From NCBI GenBank assembly GCA_002269645.1, contig NIVC01002840.1, forward strand, positions 1-27,738: a DNA stretch of 27,738 nucleotides. The letters are read 5' to 3'. The notes under the pieces are model-generated. The model worked only from the letters and a program-made list of their open reading frames with translations, did not search any database and was not told the DNA's origin. This DNA is from Macrostomum lignano. Lineage: Eukaryota. This document shows positions 13,091 through 20,703 of this stretch, piece after piece. Position numbers and translations under genes: made by a program. Each line of letters begins with the position of its first letter. Positions within the stretch are counted from its first letter, which is position 1.

Positions 13091-14197
13091 TCAAAGGACC
13101 AGACCAAAGAAGCTGCGAATCTCAGCCTCCGTCATCGTGTCGTTCATGATGGCCACCGCCTGCACCGTGCCCTTCAGCATTCGCGGTCGCCAGGTCGAAA
13201 TCCCAAGCGGATGCAGCGGCATGTCGACACGGCAGAGTTACGCTGAGGACCAGTGTTCACAGCAGACCGCGGCACGAACCCGGAGTTGGAGAAGAAGTCG
13301 CGGCCTGACGGAGACGCCGAGGTGACGCCGACCTCAACGAATCCATTCGGGTCAAACGAGTTCGTGGCAGAAGGTGTGAAGTACTCAAAGTAAGATGAAG
13401 CCACCCTGAAGAAGTACAGGCCCCATCCGCCAGTCCAGCCGTCCCAAAACGCCGCGCCCCGATCCCCCGTGGAGTTGCAGTTGTAGGATTCGAGCAGCGT
13501 TGCCTCCACTCGGGCATCCCGCTTGAGCCTGACCAGCCACGTGAGTCCCTGCTGCACGCTCGCGAGCTCCACGTTCTCCAGCCACATCTTGGACGACACT
13601 CCGTCGAGTTTGGCTCCCTCGCTGCTCCACTCCACATTCTCCGACATCCACTGCTGCGTCTGGCCGCACACCAAGTTGCTCCTGCTGGCGTCCGCATCGT
13701 CGCTCATCACCCAGGCGGCCCTCAGCTTCGAGCCCACACCCAGCATGAGTTTCCTGCTCAAGGTGAGGAACTTGGCGGCTCTGGCATTGGCAAATGCGGC
13801 ACAGCGGCGGGACTGCGAGCTCTCTGCAGCAGCGAGTCCATCGATGAGGTGGCACACTGCGGTGTATTGGAAGAGCGAGCACTGGCGAGTGTCCGAGTCG
13901 AACTGGGCAACCAGCAGTTTGCTCGAGGCGCCGTAATCGAGGCACTCGATGATGCCTCTCTGAATCTGGGTCGCCCGCACTGCTGGATTCTCAGGCAGGC
14001 ACTGCGGGCTGCTCAGACGATGCCACATTTCAGCAGATATATCGCAGCAGCTCAGATGAATACAGAGAAACAGAACAAGCAGCGAACTACCTGAAGTACA
14101 CAGTGACATTGGTAGGTTTTTATCTTCAGGAAGTGCAATAATTAGTAAGTCTTACCGATGCTCAGAGTGCTGAAAAACTCCTGAAATTGAGCTGCAT
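13091..14197 (-). CDS. Secreted PAN-like/LamG-like protein, copy 2 (exon 2 14090-13091 with 1-nt deletion at ~13185; putative exon 1 14197-14156)
   Basis: About 15 differences from copy 1 over 265 aligned residues. Same phase-1 acceptor (TTCAG|GT) before a hydrophobic leader. CATTCGCGGT vs CATTCGCAGGT in copy 1 causes the premature end at 13174; restoring the base gives ...TEAEIRSFFGLVL* at 13091. Putative exon 1 (donor G|GTAAGA at 14155) also needs one extra base in a 5-nt homopolymer. Confidence 0.68.
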
Positions 14198-14765
14198 GGT
14201 ATCTGCCCCTCTTTTCTATTGTTGCAGTCAAAACACTGTCGCTTTGAAGCGCTTTAGTCCTGGGAGAAGTCCGGGTGAGTCAATCTGGAGCTGTTAGATA
14301 AATAGACGATAAAATTTGTTTGAAGTCAGCCGCATCCGTGAAAGTCTGGAATGATTGGATGGCAGAGGAGCTAAGCTCAAATCGCGGCAACTTGCACTGA
14401 CTCCATCAGACCAAAGTTGGTAGCAGGCATCACAGGTTTATTGCTCTGGATGTTCAACTAAAAGTTAAATGTCAATACAAAGCAGAGACTGGAATGATTT
14501 CTTGCAAAATTGCTTGATGCCTTACTATTTGCACCAATAAATCCTGCCTGATTGCTTGGGGCGCCATGACTGTGTGCTTTCGTAAACACGCTGCTTTTAG
14601 GGGCAATAGCGCTATTTGGCACAAACACGCGAATTCGCTTCAGTCAACGTGTGATTTGAATCCCTCGACTGAGCACCCGACTGAGTTTGCTTTTGCGCTG
14701 GTTCTTGTTTAGAAATAAACCATATGCTACCATGCAGTAGTAAGGTGCTACTTCTGCAGGAATCA

Positions 14766-14787
14766 TGTGTGTGTGTGTGTGTGTGTG
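14766..14787. repeat. (TG)n microsatellite
   Basis: Read directly from the sequence. Confidence 0.9.
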
Positions 14788-15288
14788 CACCCTAATTATG
14801 TTCCTTTAATTTTATGTTCCTTTCGAGATGTGTTACAGCGATGCAGATGGCAGGCATCTGAGCAATGGCAGCTGGATACTGTAGGCAATTTTAGGGTCAA
14901 TTTTGAGTTATTGGTTACTGAAAGAAGTAATGTTGCAATTTAAATTTAGACAGCTGAGGTCCTCTCATCAGGGCCAGTCCCAAAAGGCACAGGGGACGCA
15001 TCCGTGTGCTTGAGCATGTTCAGGGGTCCTTAGCTGCCAGCGTCCATGCTACCGGGTCAACTCGTGTCGCCTTGACTGCGGCAGTGTCCGAAGCGTAATC
15101 AAGGAGCTGAGAACAGCCTGTGCTCGACTTCATCATTTGTTGAGTCGCGTCGCCAAGGCAAAGCGTAAAACGACATGACAGTATTTTTTGTTTTAAAAAA
15201 ATTAGCAGCTCGAACTTGCTACATCATAGCAATAAACAAGATAATCCCGGCACATGAAGAATAATATACGAGGGCTGATTCAAAAGTA

Positions 15289-15590
15289 GGGGGTTGTAGC
15301 CTAGTGGTTAGAGCGTCGGACTCACGACTTGAAGGTCGGGGGTTCGATTCCCGATCCCACTAGAACAATTTGTGTCATGTGAGCAAGACACTTATCTCTC
15401 TCTGCATTGCTTCAGTTCACCCAGCTGTAAAATGGGTGCCAGCATTAGCTGAGGTAATTGAGGGTGTGGCGACCCCAGCAGTCCTTGGACTGAACAGCCG
15501 TACGCAGCTTTCAGATGCGCTGCGCAATAGCTGCGGCTGAGCTGTCGGTGCACATCTGGCCCTAATGGGACAGGTGTAATCAATTGAAAC
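15289..15590 (+). mobile_element. tRNA-derived SINE with CORE-like central domain (3' end approximate)
   Basis: tRNA-like head 15290-15359 with A box TAGCCTAGTGG and B box GGTTCGATTCCC but an imperfect anticodon stem. It is followed by TGTGTCATGTGAGCAAGACACTTATCTCTCTCTG...CTTCAGTTCACCCAGCTGTAAAATGGG, which resembles the CORE consensus TGTGTGACCTTGGGCAAGTCACTTAACCTCTCTG...CCTCAGTTTCCTCATCTGTAAAATGGG. Confidence 0.8.
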
Positions 15591-15675
15591 AACTCCAGTT
15601 ACCGAACTTTTCAATAATTCTACTGAAGTGCGAGCTCGCAACACTGATGATTCAGTTAGCGAAGCTGGCGACATC

Positions 15676-15800
15676 TTAGGGTGACCGCATTAAGCTGAAG
15701 AAGCGGCTGATCTCAGCCTCCGTCATCGCGTCGTTGATGATGGCCACCGCTTGCACTGTGTCCTTGAGCATTCGCGGATGCAGCCGCATACAGCGAGTCA
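15676..15800 (-). pseudogene. 3' fragment of a third PAN/LamG-like gene copy
   Basis: Encodes RMLKDTVQAVAIINDAMTEAEISRFFSLMRSP*, homologous to the C-terminus of copy 1. TGCATCCG is joined directly to CGAATG, deleting the LGFRPGDL segment. No upstream homology is seen. Confidence 0.8.
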
Positions 15801-16253
15801 TAAGAAGCTTCTGACTCACCCTAAAATGTCTAATAATATCCTCCATGGAGAAAATCGAAATGCAATTAACACCTGTAAGCACCACAGAAATCTCTTCAGG
15901 GGGCCTTTCTTCTCCCAAGAGTCTGCAGAAAGCCCAAAATAGAAATTCAGAGCTCTAAACTCATTTGATTGAAATCTATCGATTGCTAAGCTGGCTGCCA
16001 ATAACCCTGACAAGAGTGGAGCCGATTCCCCAACCTGCACTCTTTGAGCACAGGAAGAGTTTCATTGCTGGGCCTGGGAAGGCTTTTCCTGGGCAGGCGA
16101 TGCAACACAGAGAAATAAAAATTGTTTGCAAGTCAGCAATAAAACTGCAGAGTTTAAATGAGGGCTGATTGCTAGTCATAAAAACTATTCTTTGATCAAG
16201 GAGGCCGACAACTGGAGTCCGTAGCGCCAAAGCATTCCCTAACCCTCAAATTC

Positions 16254-16716
16254 TGGTGCTAAAGCCCCTTGGTGCTAAAGCCCCTTGGTGCTAAAGCCCC
16301 TTGGTGCTAAAGCCCCTTGGTGCTAAAGCCCCTTGGTGCTAAAGCCCCTTGGTGCTAAAGCCCCTTGGTGCTAAAGCCCCTTGGTGCTAAAGCCCCTTGG
16401 TGCTAAAGCCCCTTGGTGCTAAAGCCCCTTGGTGCTAAAGCCCCTTGGTGCTAAAGCCCCTTGGTGCTAAAGCCCCTTGGTGCTAAAGCCCCTTGGTGCT
16501 AAAGCCCCTTGGTGCTAAAGCCCCTTGGTGCTAAAGCCCCTTGGTGCTAAAGCCCCTTGGTGCTAAAGCCCCTTGGTGCTAAAGCCCCTTGGTGCTAAAG
16601 CCCCTTGGTGCTAAAGCCCCTTGGTGCTAAAGCCCCTTGGTGCTAAAGCCCCTTGGTGCTAAAGCCCCTTGGTGCTAAAGCCCCTTGGTGCTAAAGCCCC
16701 TTGGTGCTAAAGCCCT
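16254..16716. repeat. 16-bp minisatellite (GGTGCTAAAGCCCCTT), ~29 identical copies
   Basis: Perfect head-to-tail units with no spacers. Confidence 0.97.
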
Positions 16717-17589
16717 AAGTTCTGGCGTACTGCAGTTTAGTGATAACAAGTTATCAAAAAAATTTTGTCAAATATACTTTTTGAGCTTGTGGTAAAGCTG
16801 AAAAATCTCCGAATCTGGTTTATAATACTTTTTTGATGCCTGGCTAAAATCTTTATAAATTTTACTTTGCAATATTCTGTGGAAACCTGCTCATTTCCGA
16901 TCGCATATTTAGAATCGTATGACTCTCAGTCCAGACTCTCGCTCCAGGCGTCCTTGGCTTTGATAAAGCGTCACTTGGCATTCAGCAATAAAAGCAATTG
17001 CTGGCGCGCTGCAGCTGGGTGTGCCGGATCCCGCCCTGGCATTCCTCCCAGCTACTGGGGTCTCTCAGCTACCAGCCGTTCTCCCCCGCTCCTTTCTTTC
17101 TGCTATTTGCTCAGCGCCCAGCGGTGTCGGGAGTTCCTACTGAAACCCGGCGGGTCCGGCAGCAGAAACAGAATTCTCTCCCTCCCCCCGCGTCTCCCTA
17201 TCTGCCTCACTCGTCTCGATCTCGGCTCTCTTATCCGACGACTATTGAGGGGGGAGGGACCGTTTCTATGGCAACTGGGCGAAGCGAGAACACCGGGCAG
17301 GTGAAGAGGGAGAGCCGCTGAGATAGGCAGGGGTGGCCTGGGCCTGGCATATTCTCTCTTTCGCTTTTGTTTCCTCGGCGGTGGCGCCAATCAAGCCGCA
17401 GCTGCAGCTCAGCTCACTCAGTTCTCACCGGAGGGGTCGCGGAGGGAGGGGGAGGCGGGCCTGCGAGCAACAGCTCCCCCCTGCCCCTGCAGCTTACTTG
17501 ATCGGCATTCCACAGCTGACCGAAATTTCCTGCCGCGCCAGGTTGCTCACCTCGCCAGCCGAGTCCGAAACTCAGGATCGCACCACGCC

Positions 17590-18189
17590 ATGAGCTCAGC
17601 CACCAAGCAGCATCAGCAGCAGCACCAGTCCGCGGCCAAGTCGGCAGCAAAGGCTTCTCACAAGACACCGGAGGATGCGGCCTCAACGTCTGCAGCCGCC
17701 GCCGCTGCTACTGCGTCCTCGGCGGCGCCTTCGCCTGCGAAGCAGCCGAGCCTCGCCACGCTGATGATGCTGAAGCGGCGCATCGGCGACCTGCGCGCCC
17801 GGCACCGCCGGAACCGGCCGGTGCGCCGGCAGGAGAACAGCTACCGGCTGGGCCCGGAGCCAGCCGCCAGGTACCCGGCCGCCGAGGTGCGCCGCATCGC
17901 CGAGAACAGCCTGAAGTTCTTCCTGGCCGAGTCGCGCTACGACGCCAAGGCGACGCCCAAGCTGGCCAAGATGGTCACCGAGGACGTGAAGCGCCGAATG
18001 AAGAACAACTTCAGCTGCCCGCGCTACAAGATCGTTGTCATGGTGACGGTGACGCAGCGAGCGCAGCAGCACCTCATGATGGCGTCGAGAACTGCGGGCG
18101 ACTCGGAGCTGGACGACTTCGTCACCTGCACGCTGGAGAGGCCGAGCTTTCTGGCCTCGGCGGCAGTGTTCTGGTTCTACTGCGAGTGA
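17590..18189 (+). CDS. Tctex-1 domain dynein light chain (TCTEX1D1/DYNLT5-like), intronless, 199 aa
   Basis: Low-complexity Ala/Ser N-terminus, then ENSYRLGP...EVRRIAENSL...Y....LAKMVTEDVKRRMK...PRYKIVVMVTV.Q...Q.LMMASR...D...D.F......SFLASAAVFWFYCE, the Tctex-1 family pattern. Confidence 0.88.
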   Translation: MSSATKQHQQQHQSAAKSAAKASHKTPEDAASTSAAAAAATASSAAPSPAKQPSLATLMMLKRRIGDLRARHRRNRPVRRQENSYRLGPEPAARYPAAEVRRIAENSLKFFLAESRYDAKATPKLAKMVTEDVKRRMKNNFSCPRYKIVVMVTVTQRAQQHLMMASRTAGDSELDDFVTCTLERPSFLASAAVFWFYCE

Positions 18190-18209
18190 CCGAGTCACGT
18201 GACGGCCAA

Positions 18210-18480
18210 AGTAGTATATAAAAAGACGCTTCTAGACCCAGAGCACTTTTTTAATGACCGTTTTAAGGGTCTAGAGGGGGGACACGGGGGGTAAATAAAA
18301 AAACACATCTAAACACCATTAATACATCTAATCACCCATAATCACCCCTAACAATAAAAATCACTTCCAAACACTTCCAAACACTCCCCAACACCCCCCT
18401 CGCGTCCCCCCTCTTAAGACCTTACAAACGGCCATTAAAATAAGGTCTGATCTAGAGGCGTCTTTTTATATACTACTACT
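18210..18480. repeat. Terminal fold-back: imperfect inverted arms 18210-18292 and 18393-18480 around a C/A-rich spacer
   Basis: AGTAGTATATAAAAAGACGC at 18210 is repeated exactly in inverted orientation (ending at 18477, with one extra AGT unit to 18480). Similarity continues with mismatches for ~83 bp. The spacer has short repeats TAATCACCC x2 and CACTTCCAAA x2. Confidence 0.9.
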
Positions 18481-18534
18481 CTATAACCCCTTGCCCGCGC
18501 CGCAGGCGCGAAGGGTCTTTTTCTGTTACTAAAA

Positions 18535-18849
18535 ATGACCCGAGTTTACACCTTTTCTGTTAGTGATACTTTTGAGACTGTTGCTAAAAATGCAGAGATA
18601 ATAAAACAACATATTTTGAATGGAATAATTGATGAAGTTTATTTAAAATATGACGACAAGCACGACCTAAAACTTTATCCATTAGAGCTAGATGAGATGT
18701 ATGATTTAGAACAAGAGGGTGAGTTAATATTTCAACTTGGAGATTATTTAAATTCGGATGATTGGGAGGTTAGATCAACAGATTCCGAATCAACAAATAG
18801 TTCATATGAAACCAGTGATTCAGAGAATGAAAGTGAAATTTTTATGTGA
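18535..18849 (+). CDS. Polinton hypothetical acidic protein, 104 aa
   Basis: AAAA-ATG context as in the other viral genes; Asp/Glu/Ser-rich; no recognised domain. Confidence 0.65.
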   Translation: MTRVYTFSVSDTFETVAKNAEIIKQHILNGIIDEVYLKYDDKHDLKLYPLELDEMYDLEQEGELIFQLGDYLNSDDWEVRSTDSESTNSSYETSDSENESEIFM

Positions 18850-18865
18850 AAAAAATATTTAAAAA

Positions 18866-19090
18866 ATGAACTATTATTCTATAACAGAAACGACATTTAT
18901 TGTGAAAAATATATATAAAAAAATGAAGGTAAACTATTCCTACATCGGAAATGTTCCAATTAATGAACTTAATGAAAATTTAAGTTTGATAACAGTTGAA
19001 CAAATGTCAATAATAATATTAGTAACAATTATTGTAATAATATTGTTTTTGTTTGTTATAAAAAATTTACTACCATGTTGTCTTAAGTAA
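18866..19090 (+). CDS. Small single-pass membrane protein, 74 aa
   Basis: AAAA-ATG context; C-terminal hydrophobic run SIIILVTIIVIILFLFVI followed by KNLLPCCLK*. Confidence 0.55.
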   Translation: MNYYSITETTFIVKNIYKKMKVNYSYIGNVPINELNENLSLITVEQMSIIILVTIIVIILFLFVIKNLLPCCLK

Positions 19091-19100
19091 CTGATCGAAC

Positions 19101-20703
19101 TTAGTTTGCAGATAATATCTGATTCTCATAAAAAGAACCCAATATTTCTTCACCGTCCTTATCAGCAATTATATAGGTTGTAGGATTGGTATTTAAAACT
19201 TTACTGATAGTAAATTTCTCACTTATCTTCCAATATCCTTTTCTTCCTTTTTCAAACTTATCTTTCCATTTATAGATATAAACAGAATCACCAACTTTAA
19301 AATCTTTAGTTTTCTTTTTTTCAAATTTTCCAAAAGTAACCCTAACATTTTCAGGATTGTTATAAGCTTGTTGAGGAGTCATCTTTATAGCTGAATGATA
19401 TGAATTGTTATAATCTTTCACTACGTCTGGTAATATTTTTACCCATTTTTGGTTACCATTAAGACTAAACTGAAACCATAATTTCTTACCTAAAGTTCTA
19501 TTAAATCTTTCTATTAATGCGTTTTTACTCTCTCCATAAATAGAATAAATTTTATTAATATACTCCCCATTCGCGTCCTTTTTCCTTTCTTGTCCTTTTT
19601 CAAAATGATATAATTTATACATATGAGGATTGTAAAATTCTTTTCCTTCGTCAACACACAAACGTTCGCTTTTTTCTCCAAGACTTCTAAAAGCAGCAGC
19701 AACATCCTCTCCTTTTTTGGATTTCAAAGGAACAGCCCACGCGTATCGAGTAAAACCATCTAATATGGTTAAGATATATTTATATCCTCTTTCGTTCGGC
19801 ATAGACATTAAATCAGCATACCAAATTTCGTTCTTTTTGAAGTTCATGATTTTTCTATAAAATTTAGGTTTTCGATATTCTTTATGAAGAATCTTTGCCT
19901 CATCAGAACTTAACCCACCGCCACTTAACAACAAACACTCAACACAATTATTTCCATGTTGATTATAATTAATTCCCAAACCAAATTTAACTTTAGACTG
20001 CAAAATCTTTTTAACCATCCACCTAGTTAATCTCTGACCTACTGATAATCCCTGCAAGTTATCTAATCCTTGAATCATTTTTTGATCGGCTTCATGTTTT
20101 AATCTTAATGCTTCCTCGGGTGAGTTCTTATCAGCATCTCTGTATGCTAAGTCATGATAGTATGCTAACCAATCAATACCGTTAATGGGAATTGAATCGG
20201 CTTTTGGAGTATTATCAGGATTTAATCGGAGATCGAGTCGAGTCAACCCGGCCTTTATACCTTTGCTTTCACAAAGGAGTAGACTGTGTCTTAAGCTATC
20301 ATAAGGATTGACTAAGTCCTTCAAGCCCACCAGCGTACAGTCGTTGCATCTCAACCATACTCAAGTCATATGAGGTTAGGTTTTCGATTCACTCTTGCCC
20401 ATATATTTATCTTCAAGCTTGTTACCGTTGGGAAGAGGAGTTACCTCTGTTCCTTTGTAATCTTTCGAAAACAAAGTGGTACTTGAAGCTTTAGGGGATT
20501 GAGTGAGCGGCTGGTGTTGCCACTAATAGTGACTAGCAGTAGCTTTGCATCTACCACTCGGGCACAGCTCGAGCTCCACCCGCGAAGTTGTAAGATGGGA
20601 TGTGTAATTCATTTGTATACCTTCCAGTAGTAAAGATTGGTGGTAAGATTGTTAATCCTTTTTGAACATCTAACAATCCTCCTTCAAACACTATTTGGCT
20701 CAT
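19101..20703 (-). CDS. Parvovirus-type phospholipase A2 (PLA2X) - retroviral-type (rve) integrase fusion, split by a group I intron (exon 1 20703-20578; exon 2 ~20252-19101)
   Basis: Exon 1 MSQIVF...ELHIPSYNFAG gives the first half of the PLA2 Ca2+ loop. Exon 2 gives TRLDLRLNPDNTPK..S.PINGIDWLAYYHDLAY...ADQKM...KVKFGLG (HD catalytic dyad). The frame continues without a stop into integrase: WYADL (D), LCVDEGKEFYN (D), NALIERFNRTL (E) and the C-terminal FKVGDSV...GSFYENQI. Confidence 0.88.
20253..20577 (-). ncRNA. Group I self-splicing intron, IC1-like, ~325 nt, no internal ORF
   Basis: Manual fold. P1: exon CGGGU with IGS GCCCG (20563-20559), U.G at the splice site. P2 and P2.1 hairpins. P3: CACCAGC (20516-20510)/GCUGGUG (20334-20328). 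P4: UCACUC/GAGUGA. P5abc with GAAA L5b. Receptor-like CCUAA/UAUGG in P6. P7: A-C(bulge)-GACUG (20344-20338)/CAGUCU (20286-20281). J8/7 AAGACA. P9: CCUUUGU-GAAA-GCAAAGG. Ends in G. Confidence 0.9.

Noticed and set aside
14950-15000. Hammerhead ribozyme candidate (CTGATGAG on the minus strand)
   Set aside because: No GAAA core after stem II and no stems I/III found.
15267-15288. Mariner-like TIR start TACGAGGGCTGATTCAAAAGTA
   Set aside because: Only 22 bp, no inverted partner or transposase in the window; may be a remnant but cannot be supported.
15290-15359. Functional tRNA gene (CAC in the anticodon position)
   Set aside because: The anticodon stem pairs poorly and the head runs directly into a CORE-like SINE body.
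15800-16240. Short ORFs upstream of the third LamG fragment (e.g. FSMEDIIRHFR with splice-like flanks)
   Set aside because: The resemblance to any family is too short and ambiguous to call.
16254-16716. CRISPR-like array
   Set aside because: Units are head-to-tail with no spacers, in a eukaryotic context with no cas genes. The same applies to the 96-bp and 57-bp repeats.
18194-18203. GTCACGTGAC E-box palindrome beside the Polinton junction
   Set aside because: A single 10-bp site in a 3' UTR; no evidence for a regulatory or target-site role.
20253-20354. Annotated N-terminus MRCNDCTLVG... of the 417-aa ORF
   Set aside because: It is intron sequence (P7-P9) that happens to be open; the true start is ATG 20703.
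20253-20579. Spliceosomal GT-AG reading of the PLA2 insert (G|GTGGAG ... TATAAAG|)
   Set aside because: The donor is weak, there is no polypyrimidine tract, and the join is out of frame (GGC CGG GTT ... TGA). The complete group I fold explains the insert far better.
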